Source: an uncultured Verrucomicrobiae bacterium
GTDB taxonomy: Bacteria; Verrucomicrobiota; Verrucomicrobiia; Opitutales; JABDGR01
Direction: 5' to 3'
NCBI GenBank assembly: GCA_963765205.1
Contig: CAVXVB010000008.1
Coordinates: forward strand, 320,001 to 384,000
Length of the DNA: 64,000 bases
Shown one piece after another: positions 42,831-53,965 of this stretch. A model generated the notes under the pieces. The model saw nothing but the letters and a program-made list of their open reading frames with translations, did not search any database and was not told the DNA's origin. Positions within the stretch are counted from its first letter, which is position 1. Each line of letters starts with the position of its first letter. The translations under genes were made by a program, and so were the position numbers.

Positions 42831-45800
42831 CTACTTGATCAACGCCCGGGGAAAGGAGAATTGATAAGAGCCGGCGGCGAGGGGGAGGCTGGTGGTCGGC
42901 GCATCGGCGGCGGCCAGCGGCCGGTCGCCTTGTTTCACGCTTTGCGTGGGGAACGGCAGCGTGAGCGTGGCCGAGGAATTCGGCGGGACGGTCACGTCGT
43001 AAACCATTTGGTCGCCTTCGACGTGCCAGTAGGAAGAAATTTTGCCGTAAGCTGAATCAATCGAGGACTTGACGTGGGTCAGGTTGTTGGTGAATTGCGG
43101 CGCAAACAAGAAATGTTTGTAGCCCGGGCTGGCGTCGTCGAGCTGGATGCCGGCGGCGGCGGAATAGAACCAGTAGCCGACCTCGCCTTCGGAATAGTGG
43201 TTGAAGGAATTTTCACTGGAGTCCATGAAACCACGTTCGGGCGTCCACCCGTCCCAGTGCTCCCAAATGGTCGTCGCGCCGTTTTTGACCTCGAACAGCC
43301 ACGAGGGGAAAGTGTCGGTGAAAACGAGTTTCCACGCGATGTCCGAGTGTCCGATGGTGGTCAACGCCGGACAAATCCACGCGCAGCCGACGAAGCCGGT
43401 GCTGAGGTGATCGTAGCGCGCGATGTTGTCGAGGAATTTTTGGGCAACGACCGCGCGGAGGTTATCGGGCACCAGATTGAACTGGATGGCCAGAGCGTAG
43501 GCCGTCTGGGTGTCGCTGGTGACGGTGCCGTCAGGGGAAAGGTAGGCGTCGTCGAACGCTTGGACGGCGGCTTGGTAGAGTTTTTCGTAGCCTGTGGCAT
43601 CATCCGTGCGGCCGAGGGCGGCGGCGGACTTGGCGAGGATGCGGATGGAATTAGCGTAATAAGCCGTGTCGTAAACAGCGGTGCCTCCACGCGCGCCGAA
43701 AGCGCCGCCGCCAAACCCGCCGCCCGCCCCGCCCACGCCACGCGCACCCGCGCCGCGTGCACCCGTCGCGGCCGCTCGCGGCCGCCGCAGCCGCGCCCGG
43801 GCCAACGCCCGTCATGACGGGGGCTAGGTTGTCGCCCACGCCACCGCTGACGAGCAAGGTGGGATATTTGTTATATTGGAAGGTAATCCAACGCGCCATG
43901 TTCGAGTAATTGTCGGCGAGGAATTTTTTGTCGCCGTAAGTTTGATACATCACCCACGGCACAATGACGCCGGCATCGCCCCAGATGGCGTAGCAGTTGT
44001 TGTTGGCGGCGGTGTTTTGGTTGGCGACCGGTGAAACTGCGGTGAAGCCGCCTTCGGGCGACTGGGAATCGTCCACGTCCACCATCCATTTCTGGAAAAA
44101 GGAGGCGACATCGGCGTCGAGGGCGGCGGTGGGAGAGAAAATTTCCGCGTCACCCATCCAGCCGAGGCGTTCGTCGCGCTGCGGGCAGTCGGTCGGAATG
44201 CTGAGGAAATTGCCGCGCTGGCTCCATTGGATGTTGGAGAAGATCTGGTTGACCCGGGGGTCGGAGCTTTCCCAAGTGCCGGTCATGGGCACGTCAGAGC
44301 CAACCACGATGCCACGGATGTTGTCCACCGTCAGTTCGCCGGGATAACCCTGGATGAGGGCATAGCGGAAGCCGTGGAAGGTGAAGCGCGGCTCGAAGGT
44401 TTCGACGCCGCCGCCCTTAAGCACGAATTCGTCCAGCGAAATAGCCGGGCGGAGGTTTTCGTTGTAAAGCGTGCCGTCGGTATTGAGCATTTCGCCGTGG
44501 CTAACCTTGATGACCGAGCCGGCCGAGCCGCTCACCGAGAGGCGGATATGGCCGACCATGTTCTGCCCGAAGTCCACCAGCCACAAGTTGCCCTGGCGGG
44601 TGATTTTCTTCGGCGTCAGTTCCATCAACTGGCGTACGGCCGGCCCTCGTTGCGGATCAAGGGCCACCGCGCTGTGGTCCTCGACTGCAACCGGAGACCA
44701 GGCGGCGTCATTGAAATCAGGCTGGTCGAAGGCCACCGCGTTGTGGTCGTCCATGACTTCGCCAAGTTGCTCGTCCGCGCCGGTGATCTCGCCCGGGCCG
44801 CCCTTCCAGGTGTTGTCCGTGGCGATCACATCCTTGGTGCCGTCCGCGTAAGTAATTTCCAACTGGGCATTGAAGGAGGGATGGTCGCTGACTTGTTTAT
44901 ATTGATAAAGGCCCATCCAACCGAGACGACCGGCAAACCAGCCATCGCCGAGCACCACGCCCAGGACATTTGGCCCAGGTTTGAGGAGTTTCGTGACATC
45001 GGTGGTCTGCACCATTACGCGCTTGTCATAGGAGGTGAACCCTGGGTCGAGCTGGTGGTCGCTCACGCGCTGGCCATCAAGGCTCGCCTCGTAAACACCG
45101 AACGCCGTCGAATACAGGCGCGCCTGGGTTACGGGGCCTTTGACGGTGAAAGTTTTGCGCAGGTAGCGTCCCGGGCCGATGGTGCTGTCGGCGCTGGCCA
45201 CCGGCTTGCTGTCAGGATACGGGCCGAGAACCGTCGCAGCGGCCCAAGTGGAGTCATCAAACTCGGGTGTCGCCCAGGAAGCGGGCGCGGGAATCGCCGT
45301 CGCGCTGGGGCCGGTGACGGTGGCCGCAGGCACGATCCCCGCCTTCCATGAGCCGTCCGTAATGATTTCGATGTGCTGGCCGTCGGCCAGGGTAATTTCC
45401 CCGTGCGCAGCGATGGCGTCGCGGCCACCGCCGCCGCGATTGTTGCGCACCCCACCGGAAAGGATGGCGAGGACATTGCGGCCCGGTTGCAGATTCTGGC
45501 CAAAGTTGGCGTGGAATGGCGCGGTGTGGCTGCTGCTGCCCTGGCGGGTTGGCTTGCCGTTGGCGTAAATGGCGATGAGACCGTCGGCGGAGACATCCAG
45601 GTTCGCGTCGAGAATTTTCGCGTCGGCGGGCAGATCAATGACCAGGCGCACGCCCGTGCCTTGGGCGGCCGTCGCGCCGCCGGTAATCCAACTGGCCTTG
45701 GCCAAGGGGGCGGCTTCGATGTCGAACCGCGGCAAATCCACGGTGATCCACTGGCCCTTCCAGTCGGTGGCGGGATTCAGCAAGCCGAGCTCGAACGAGG

Positions 45801-46188
45801 CCGGGTCGCTCCAGGCGGAGGCGACGCCGTCCTTGTCCCAGACGCGCACCTGCCAGAAAACCTGCGCGCGGGAGCCAAGCAGCTTGCCACCCCAAGGCAC
45901 CAGAACAGATTGATCGGAGGCGACCTTGCCGGAACTCCACAAATCGCCCTGGCCGGCCTTAAGCGCGGAGGCGGTCGAGGCGGCGCGGATTTCGTAGGCG
46001 GTTTGCGCTTCGCCCTGGCGGTCGGACAGCAATTTCCACGAAAGCCGCGGGGCCGTATCACCGATGCCAATGGGATTTTGCTGGTGTTCAGTGGAGAGAG
46101 CGCCGAGGCGCACGGGGGAAACAGTCTGCGCCACAAGGGGGCCAGCCAGAACGAAGAGCAACGAAAGAAAAACAGCGCGGGTTTTCAT
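42831..46188 (-). CDS. GH78 alpha-L-rhamnosidase-like glycoside hydrolase (frameshift at about 43700-43800)
   Basis: Signal peptide, DFGQN, PRFTFHGFRY, PTDCPQRDERLGWMGD; downstream frame has GATTIWEHW, SFNHY. Confidence 0.88.
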
Positions 46189-46359
46189 GGGGTATCCTTG
46201 GGGTAGGGGGTGAGGCAACTATAAGGTCAGAATAGCGCCAATGACAAAGCCCAAAATTATGCGCCGTGCACGTCTCCTTCCTGATACTTGCCATGACCCG
46301 GCCCAAGTGTCAGCCTTGACAGCCTACCCTGGTTCGGTTCTCCCCCACCCCGCCCCAAA

Positions 46360-49131
46360 ATGAAAATATCCCTGTATTCCACGGTGTTTGCTTTTTTCCT
46401 GGTGACGGTTGGTCTGGCCTCTGCCGCCGTCACGCCCGTCGCATTGCGCTGCAATGGGCTGGCCAACCCGCTGGGTGTGGATTCTCCGATTCCACATCTC
46501 ACATGGCTCCTGGACAATGACCAGCCGGCCGCGCGCGGCATCAAACAAACGGCCTACCAAATTTTGGTGGCCTCGACGCCGGAACTGCTCGCGCAAGACC
46601 GAGGCGACCTCTGGGATAGCGGCAAAATCGCGTCCGATCAATCGTTGGAGATTGCGTATGCGGGCCGCGCGCTGCCCACGCTGGCCGATGCGTTTTGGAA
46701 AGTGCGCGTGTGGGACCAGGACCAAAAGCCCTCCTCCTGGAGCACACCCGCGCGGTGGACGATGGGGTTGCTCGCGCCGGCGGATTGGCACGCGCAGTGG
46801 ATTGGGCGCGACGATCCCGCGCCGACCGCGAACGTCGCCACGCCCGCGCGCTGGCTGCGCAAGGAATTCACGACGGGCAAGCCGTTGCGGCGCGCGCTGG
46901 TTTCGTTCGCGGGGTTGGGCACGTCGGAATTGTATGTCAACGGCGTGAAGGCCGGCGACGCGGTGCTCTCGCCCGCGCTCAGCGATTACACGCAGCGGGT
47001 TTATTACGTGACGTATGACATTCTGCCGCTGCTCAAAACGGGCGCGAACGCCCTTGGCGTCGTGTTGGGCAACGGGCGTTTTTATGCGCCGCGCGTCGTG
47101 GGGCGCAACGGGCTGACCACCTATGGCTGGCCCAAGCTTATTTTGCAACTGCACTTGGAATACCAGGACGGCTCGACCGCGGAAGTGGTGAGCGATGAGT
47201 CGTGGAAATTCACCGATGCGGGGCCGATCCGCGCCGACAACGAATACGACGGCGAGGATTACGACGCGCGCGCGGAGATGCCCGGCTGGGCCGCGCCCGG
47301 GTTCGATGACTCGAAATGGACCGCGGCGAGCCTGGCCAACGCGCCCGGCGGCCAGCTCGAAGTGCAGGACATTGCGCCGATCCGTATCACCGGCGTGCTC
47401 GCGCCCGTCTCGGTCAAGGAAGTTTCGCCCGGCGTGTTCGTTTACGACCTGGGCCAAAACATGGTGGGCTGGTGCCGATTGATCGTCAACGGGCCGGCGG
47501 GCACGAAGGTGACGATGCGTTTCGCCGAACGATTGCACGACGATGGCACGGTGAGCATGGAAAATCTGCGCACCGCGCAGGCGGCGGACCATTACACGCT
47601 CAAGGGCGGCGGCGTGGAGACGTGGGAACCGCGCTTCACCTACCACGGGTTCCGCTACGTCGAGGTCACCGGCTACCCGGGGACGCCGCCGCTCAGCGCG
47701 CTCGAGGGTCACATCGTCAACGACGACCTGGAGAAAACCGGTGAATTCACCACATCGAATCCGCTGCTGAACAAAATTTACGAGAGCGTGGTCTGGGGCG
47801 TGCGCGGCAACTACCGCTCGATGCCGACGGACTGCCCGCAGCGCGACGAACGCCAGGGCTGGCTGGGCGACCGCGCGGCGGAGTCCCTCGGCGAAATGTT
47901 CATTTTCGACAACCACCTGCTCTACCAAAAATGGTTGCGGGATATCACGGACGCACAACAGCCCAACGGCAGCGTCCCGGCCGTCGCGCCGGCGTTCTGG
48001 AAGGTTTACAACGACGACGTGACGTGGCCGAGCGCGCTGCTCCTGATCCCCAACAGCCTGCGCGAGCAATTCGGCGAGGATGCGCCCATCGCGCGCGCCT
48101 ACCCGGCGATGGTGAAATGGATTGACCACATGAGCACATTCATCGCCGACGGCCTCATGCCGAAGGACAAATACGGCGACTGGTGCATGCCGCCCGAGGA
48201 TTTGAAAATCATCCACAGCACCGACCCCGCGCGCCTGACCGCCGGCCCGTTGCTGGGCACGGCGTATTTTTATCACGACCTCGGCCTGATGAGCGATTAC
48301 GCCCGGCGCCTCGGCCAGCCCGGCGACGGGCAGCGCTTCGACGCGCTCGCGGCCACGTTGAAGGCCGGCTTGAATGCGAAATACCTGAATCCGACCACCC
48401 ACCAATACGACAATGGCACGCAGACTTCGAGCGTGTTGCCGCTGGCGTTTGGGATGGTGCCCGATGATCAACGCACGGGCGTCATGGCCAACCTGGTCAA
48501 TAGCATCACCAATGTTTACCACAATCACATTGGCACGGGCCTGATTGGCGCGGCGTGGCTCAACCGGGTGCTCAATGACAATGGCCGGGCGGATTTGGCC
48601 TACGCCATTGCCACGAACCGCGATTTCCCGAGCTGGGGCTACATGATTGACCATGGCGCGACCACGATTTGGGAGCTATGGAACGGCGACACGGCGGACG
48701 TGCAGATGAACTCCGGCAACCACGTCATGCTGGTCGGCGATTTGGTCATCTGGCTCTACCAGGATTTGGCGGGCATCCGCTCCGACCCGGCACAGCCAGG
48801 CTTCAAAAACATCTTGATGCAGCCCACCTTGGTTGACGGTCTCTCCTCGGTCAAAGCCTCGCACCGCTCGCCGTATGGTCTGATCGAGAGCGAATGGCAC
48901 AAGGACGGCACGACTTTCCACTGGCACATCACCGTGCCGCCCAACAGCACGGCGACAATTTGCGTGCCCTCCTATTCGCCCATCACCCCCGCCAATGCGC
49001 CTGACAGCGTACAGGAGGGGGGCCATGCCACCGCCACCAGTCCCGGCGTGAAATTTCTCCACGTCACACCCGGCTATGCCGTTTACCAGCTTGATTCGGG
49101 CACTTATGAATTTCAATCAACCAGCCTATAA
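46360..49131 (+). CDS. GH78 alpha-L-rhamnosidase-like glycoside hydrolase
   Basis: Signal peptide, DLGQN, PRFTYHGFRY, PTDCPQRDER.GWLGD, GATTIWELW, SGNH. Confidence 0.93.
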   Translation: MKISLYSTVFAFFLVTVGLASAAVTPVALRCNGLANPLGVDSPIPHLTWLLDNDQPAARGIKQTAYQILVASTPELLAQDRGDLWDSGKIASDQSLEIAYAGRALPTLADAFWKVRVWDQDQKPSSWSTPARWTMGLLAPADWHAQWIGRDDPAPTANVATPARWLRKEFTTGKPLRRALVSFAGLGTSELYVNGVKAGDAVLSPALSDYTQRVYYVTYDILPLLKTGANALGVVLGNGRFYAPRVVGRNGLTTYGWPKLILQLHLEYQDGSTAEVVSDESWKFTDAGPIRADNEYDGEDYDARAEMPGWAAPGFDDSKWTAASLANAPGGQLEVQDIAPIRITGVLAPVSVKEVSPGVFVYDLGQNMVGWCRLIVNGPAGTKVTMRFAERLHDDGTVSMENLRTAQAADHYTLKGGGVETWEPRFTYHGFRYVEVTGYPGTPPLSALEGHIVNDDLEKTGEFTTSNPLLNKIYESVVWGVRGNYRSMPTDCPQRDERQGWLGDRAAESLGEMFIFDNHLLYQKWLRDITDAQQPNGSVPAVAPAFWKVYNDDVTWPSALLLIPNSLREQFGEDAPIARAYPAMVKWIDHMSTFIADGLMPKDKYGDWCMPPEDLKIIHSTDPARLTAGPLLGTAYFYHDLGLMSDYARRLGQPGDGQRFDALAATLKAGLNAKYLNPTTHQYDNGTQTSSVLPLAFGMVPDDQRTGVMANLVNSITNVYHNHIGTGLIGAAWLNRVLNDNGRADLAYAIATNRDFPSWGYMIDHGATTIWELWNGDTADVQMNSGNHVMLVGDLVIWLYQDLAGIRSDPAQPGFKNILMQPTLVDGLSSVKASHRSPYGLIESEWHKDGTTFHWHITVPPNSTATICVPSYSPITPANAPDSVQEGGHATATSPGVKFLHVTPGYAVYQLDSGTYEFQSTSL

Positions 49132-49135
49132 AATC

Positions 49136-49648
49136 ATGAAAGCCGCCATTCACCAAGCCGCCCTGCTTGTTCTTTTTGCGGGTGCCGCGCTCGCCCTCGG
49201 CGCGTGCGCGCAGACGCCCGCGCCGACCGCGGCCGATACCATCACCGCGAAAACCCCGCTGGCTTCGATGGTCATTGACACCAACGCGCTGCCGGTCGAA
49301 ACCACCGCTTTTGGCCTGCACCGCACCGTCTTCAACGGCCCAACCCAGACGCTGAACAATTTCGAAAGCCACATTACGACCGTCAACCCCGGCCAGCAGG
49401 CGCACGCGCCGCACACGCACGGCAACGAGGAAATGCTGATTGTGAAAGACGGCACGCTGGACGTGACGATCAAAGGCCGCACTTACACCGCCGGGCCGGG
49501 CGCGATCATTTTTTATGAATCCAACGACCTCCACGGCACCCACAACTCCGGCACCGTGCCGGTGACGTATTACGTTTTCTCGTGGGTCACGGACAAAACG
49601 CCCGCGACCATCCCGCCGCCCGGCGGCGAGCCGACGGCGGCGAAATAG
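49136..49648 (+). CDS. Exported cupin-domain protein
   Basis: HAPHTH..EE...V..G...G..IFY.SN.LHG. Confidence 0.8.
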   Translation: MKAAIHQAALLVLFAGAALALGACAQTPAPTAADTITAKTPLASMVIDTNALPVETTAFGLHRTVFNGPTQTLNNFESHITTVNPGQQAHAPHTHGNEEMLIVKDGTLDVTIKGRTYTAGPGAIIFYESNDLHGTHNSGTVPVTYYVFSWVTDKTPATIPPPGGEPTAAK

Positions 49649-49660
49649 GGCCGGTCGGCG

Positions 49661-51052
49661 TCAAGCGGTTGAATCCGGCGGCGGCCTTGTGCGCGGTATG
49701 AAAATCGCGTGCATAATAATGAATCCCAGGCAGATTGCCACCATGGCGCCGATGAAGAGAACCGAGTGATGCAGGCCACCCAAGATGGTGGTAAAAAGCA
49801 CGAGGTAAGCGACCCAGCCGGCGGCGCGGACGGCAATTTTCAAGCGGTCGGGGTCGCCCAACCCGGCCAGCCGGGCGAAGATCAGCCCCGCCAAGGTGAG
49901 GCCGAGGAAAATCAGGGTGCTTTTCGGATAATGCTGCACGATGAAAAATAAGGCCACGATCACTGCAAAAGACACGGTTTGTTTTACTCCCAGCACGAGA
50001 AAAGTTTTGATTTTCCATGGTTTGGGGCTGTTCCAAACAGTCGCCACAATCAGGCCAACGGCGATTAAGACCCAAGGCACAAAGTCAGATACACTGATGT
50101 GTGTATCCTGATTTTGATGATGCTCTTCCCATGACGCACCCCAAATACCACCAAAACATAGGAGAATCAGCATCACTCTAACGAGCGGTTTTCCGAGCCC
50201 GGTCTTCTCAATCCACTCCTTTTGCCTCTCCTTCGGACGCGCGCTTTTAATACTGTCCTGCATGACGGTGTATAAACCGGCGAGAAGGACAATAAGGGGC
50301 CAGACGAGCACCCCAAGCCAGCCCAGTATTCCCGTGGCCTTGGCCGCAGTCGCGGCTTTGGCGGCTGCGGTGGCCACGGTCGCTGTCTTGATGGCGCTGC
50401 CGGTCGCAATCGGCAGGGCCGCCATCACCTGCGAAGTAAATACGGGGCCGGGATTGGTGCGCGCGAGGGTTCCTTCGACGAAGGCCAGCACTTGTTCGTG
50501 AAGCAACTTGCGCCCGCGCGAGAGGCGTTGCTTCACGGCGTCTTCACTCAAGTCCAGCGCCGCAGCCACGCTTGCGATGGATTGGTTTTGACGATAAAAG
50601 AGGATCAGGGGTTCGCGGTAGAGTTCGGGAATGTTTTCCATCTCGCGCCACAAGATGGTTTCTTCGTCGCGTTGGATGGCGAGGGCAGAGGGCGAAGGCT
50701 CGGGCGCCGCGTGGGAGCCGGCGGCGTCGAGAGCCTCGGCGGCCTGGGTTGGTTCGCGGCCCTGCTCACGCCGTAAACTATGAATGCGGTTGCGGACAAT
50801 TTCACACAGCCAGGCGCGCAGTTTCGCGGGTTCACGCAAGTCGGCCAAATGCCGCCAGGCGGCGACGAAAGTTTCCTGCGCGAGGTCTTCGCTCTGCGCC
50901 AGATTGCCGACGCCACTGTAGGCCAGCGCGCAAATGAGAGACTGGTAGCGCGCCACGATCCGGGCGAAGGCATCGCGGTCGCCCATCCGGCAAAGGACGA
51001 CCAGTTCGGCGTCGCTCTGGTCGGCCTCAAGGAGGGCGTGGTTGGCATTCAT
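49661..51052 (-). CDS. ECF sigma factor fused to a multi-TM C-terminal domain
   Basis: SDAELV, EDLAQETF..AW..L, LRAWL, AVKQRLSRGR; hydrophobic C-terminus; start uncertain. Confidence 0.85.
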   Translation of the reverse strand: MNANHALLEADQSDAELVVLCRMGDRDAFARIVARYQSLICALAYSGVGNLAQSEDLAQETFVAAWRHLADLREPAKLRAWLCEIVRNRIHSLRREQGREPTQAAEALDAAGSHAAPEPSPSALAIQRDEETILWREMENIPELYREPLILFYRQNQSIASVAAALDLSEDAVKQRLSRGRKLLHEQVLAFVEGTLARTNPGPVFTSQVMAALPIATGSAIKTATVATAAAKAATAAKATGILGWLGVLVWPLIVLLAGLYTVMQDSIKSARPKERQKEWIEKTGLGKPLVRVMLILLCFGGIWGASWEEHHQNQDTHISVSDFVPWVLIAVGLIVATVWNSPKPWKIKTFLVLGVKQTVSFAVIVALFFIVQHYPKSTLIFLGLTLAGLIFARLAGLGDPDRLKIAVRAAGWVAYLVLFTTILGGLHHSVLFIGAMVAICLGFIIMHAIFIPRTRPPPDSTA

Positions 51053-51149
51053 GTCAAACAAGGAGAGTCGCATTGGCCCGTTCCGGTGACAAGAATTCGC
51101 GCATTCCGGCATTTGACAAAGCTAATTTGTGCGTGCTAATATTTCCTCC

Positions 51150-51329
51150 ATGTCCGTGCTTACCGCCAAAATGAGCAAGGCCAGCCGAGGCAAAGTCCCG
51201 ACCGGCGGGCGGAAGCGTGCGCACACCAAGGCTGAACCGAAGACGCGGCAGGCGGAGACAAAAGCGTTCAACAAGGTTTTGGACGAGGTCATCCGCGATT
51301 ACTCCACCACCTTGCGAAATTTGGCATGA
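51150..51329 (+). CDS. Putative antitoxin for the Doc-like toxin
   Basis: Small ORF with ATGA overlap to the doc-like gene; ends DYSTTLRNLA. Confidence 0.55.
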   Translation: MSVLTAKMSKASRGKVPTGGRKRAHTKAEPKTRQAETKAFNKVLDEVIRDYSTTLRNLA

Positions 51330-51721
51330 AAACGCCCAACGACTGCGTCCACCTCACGGTGGGCCAAGTCCGGGCGATTCACCAGCGCGTGCTGCGCGAA
51401 TTTGGCGGCAGCGATGGCGTGAGGGAACCGGGACTTTTGGAATCTGCCACGCTCGCCCCCCAGGCGACCTTTGGCGGGCAATCCGTTTATGCCGACCTCC
51501 CGGAAGTGGCGGCGGCGTATTTGGTCGGTCTGTGCAAAAATCCTCCGTTCGTGGACGGGAACAAGCGCACCGCCTTGGCGACTTGCCTGGCCTTTCTCAA
51601 GCTGAATGGCGCAGCGCCCTCACCAGACCAGCCCGCCTGGGAGCAACTCACCCTGGAGGTCGCGGCGGGAAAAATTGACCGCGACCAAACCGCCGCACGG
51701 CTGCGGGCGTTGGTGGCCTGA
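51326..51721 (+). CDS. Doc/Fic-family toxin with variant active-site motif
   Basis: IH......GG..GVRE.GLLESA...P; NPPFVDGNKRTA instead of NHPFxDGNKR. Confidence 0.85.
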   Translation: MKTPNDCVHLTVGQVRAIHQRVLREFGGSDGVREPGLLESATLAPQATFGGQSVYADLPEVAAAYLVGLCKNPPFVDGNKRTALATCLAFLKLNGAAPSPDQPAWEQLTLEVAAGKIDRDQTAARLRALVA

Positions 51722-51772
51722 TCACTTCGCGGATCAAACGATATTGACGTCTGTCTTGCCATGCGACTGTTT

Positions 51773-51846
51773 CGTAGCGCTGCGCTTTAGCCGGCGCTCC
51801 GGTTACGCGAATCACGAAGACGCGCTGGCTGAAGCTCAGCGCTACG
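51773..51846. repeat. Inverted GTAG-type REP pair
   Basis: CGTAGCGCTGCGCTTTAGCCGGCGC ... GCGCTGGCTGAAGCTCAGCGCTACG. Confidence 0.7.
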
Positions 51847-51880
51847 GCAATGCGTCGCTGCCCCGGCCCGGATAGCCCCT

Positions 51881-53737
51881 TTAGATCTTCACTTCCACCC
51901 AGCGTTCGATTTTCCGGAGGGTCCACTCCTCGACGGAGCCTTCGATTTCGGTGCGGACGGTGTCGCCGACTTTTTTGCCCATGAGGTTCTGGCCAAGGGG
52001 CGTTTTGTAGGAGAGGACGCCTTGCTCCGGATTGCTGTCCCAGGCACCGAGGAGGGCGTAGCGGTGGGTGTGGTTCGCGCCTTTGTTGAACAACTCGACG
52101 ACGCAGCCGACGCCGACGTGGGTGGTCGTGGCCTCGCTGAAATCCGTGACGCGGGCGCGGGACATCTCGGTTTCGAGGAGGGACTTGCGGGCCAGCAGCG
52201 TGTCCTGTTCCTGGCGGGCCATTTTGTATTCGGCGTTTTCGCGCAAGTCACCCAGCTCGCGGGCGGTCTGGATCGCGATCTTGTTCTCGGGGATGAGGAC
52301 TTGGACGAGGTGCTCGTATTCCTTTTTGCGCGCCTCGATGGATTCCTGCGAAACAAAGAGGGACTCGACCTGGCGGCTGGTGGTGTCGCCGCCGACGAGG
52401 GTCTGGATTTTCGGGAAGAGGCGGATGAAGCGCGCGATGAGGGACTTCTTGGTCAGGTCCTCGAAGCCTTGGTTGAGGAGGAGGGTCTGGGCGAGGTCGC
52501 GGGCGGTTTCGTCATTGGCGTCGGCGAGGAGGTCGGCAATGAGATCGGGGTCGTCGCTGAGGGCGTCGGCGAGGACGATGCGGCGGTTGCCGGTGCTTTG
52601 GAGGGCTTCGCTGTCAATGGCGTAGAAGATGGCGGCGAGCAGGCGCGAGGTGACCATGCCGTCCACGAGCTTGGCGAATTTGCGGGAGTGGCGGTTGCGG
52701 ATGATCCAGAGCAGGACGGAGGTCTTGAGGGTCTGCTCGTTGAGCCAGCGGCGGAAGCAGTCGGCGACTTGCTCGGCGCAGCCCTTGTCGGTGAGGAAAG
52801 AGATGCACTCGGAGGTGAACTTGCCCTGGCTGTTGCGCAGGAGGTTGATGATCACGTCGCGCCAACTGTCGGGATAAACGCGGGTGACGACATCGAGGAA
52901 CCGACGCTGGAAATTCGCGGGCAATTGCTCGGCGAGCTGCGGGAGGTCGGGACAGCCGAGGATGATGCCGGTCGAGGTGGGTTCAAGTTTGTCCACGTCG
53001 GCGTGGAGGTGGCGGGCGAGGTCGTTGCGCACCCAGACGCCATGGAGGCGGTCGGCGTTGGTGAGCTGGCGGGCGTCGCGGATGGTGGCGGTGAGATCGT
53101 CGAAGATGCGCGGGAGGTCTTTTTCGATTTCCTCGACGCTGCCGGAGGCGGAATAAAGTTTTTCGGCGAGGAGGATTTTTTTCTTGGGCTGCTTGGTGAC
53201 GTAGAACTCCTCGAGGATTTCCTGTTCGGGCTTGAGGGGTTCCTCACGCAGGACGAACGGCTCGGATTTGCGGCCGGGGAAGGCGACGCGGGAGTCCTTG
53301 GCGAGGTGTTTTTTCGCGCCGGCCCACCATTTTTTGAAGCGTTCGCCGAGGAGGCGCGCGAGCAGGTTTTCCAGCTCGACGCTGCTCATGGTGCGGTCGG
53401 GGGCGTGGTGGAGGATTTCGACCACGAGGTCGGCCGGGTGCTTTTTCAGCATTTCGTCAATGGCGGCGGGGTCGTTGCGGTGGCGCACCAGGATGTTGGT
53501 CGCCGGAAGCAATTCGAGCCGCTCGACGCAAAAGGCGGGGTCCATCGGGTGCGCGGCCTTGTCGCCGTCGAATTCAATGATGAGCTTGCCGGTGGCCACA
53601 TCATATTCGCGGATTTTGCCGAAGCCCCACGCCCGGTGCAGACAAAAGGCGCCGGGTTGCATGGCTTCGAGTTTGGCACGCGCTTTGGCGAGCTTCGGGT
53701 TTTTCTCAATGATGAGATCAATGGCCTCTTTTTTCAT
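51881..53737 (-). CDS. greA: Long-form transcription elongation factor GreA
   Basis: C-terminal ARELGDLRENAEYK, LSYKTPLG..L.GKKVGD; large N-terminal extension. Confidence 0.88.
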   Translation of the reverse strand: MKKEAIDLIIEKNPKLAKARAKLEAMQPGAFCLHRAWGFGKIREYDVATGKLIIEFDGDKAAHPMDPAFCVERLELLPATNILVRHRNDPAAIDEMLKKHPADLVVEILHHAPDRTMSSVELENLLARLLGERFKKWWAGAKKHLAKDSRVAFPGRKSEPFVLREEPLKPEQEILEEFYVTKQPKKKILLAEKLYSASGSVEEIEKDLPRIFDDLTATIRDARQLTNADRLHGVWVRNDLARHLHADVDKLEPTSTGIILGCPDLPQLAEQLPANFQRRFLDVVTRVYPDSWRDVIINLLRNSQGKFTSECISFLTDKGCAEQVADCFRRWLNEQTLKTSVLLWIIRNRHSRKFAKLVDGMVTSRLLAAIFYAIDSEALQSTGNRRIVLADALSDDPDLIADLLADANDETARDLAQTLLLNQGFEDLTKKSLIARFIRLFPKIQTLVGGDTTSRQVESLFVSQESIEARKKEYEHLVQVLIPENKIAIQTARELGDLRENAEYKMARQEQDTLLARKSLLETEMSRARVTDFSEATTTHVGVGCVVELFNKGANHTHRYALLGAWDSNPEQGVLSYKTPLGQNLMGKKVGDTVRTEIEGSVEEWTLRKIERWVEVKI

Positions 53738-53965
53738 GAAAGTTCCGGGAAGGTGTCGGGCCTGCGGGCAGGCGGGTGCGGGAGGGAAGAAAAATTCAAC
53801 GCGCCAGGCCTGGGGTCCCTTCGAAGCGGCGCACCCGTCTGGCGTGTGGAAATAGTAAAGGATATGGTGTTTGACGAACGGCCCGGTGATTAGACCGAGG
53901 CTGGTAGCTGCGCCCGCCAAGTTTCAATTTGTCTATCCAGAAGCAGTTGTCAATCCCGGATTTCG

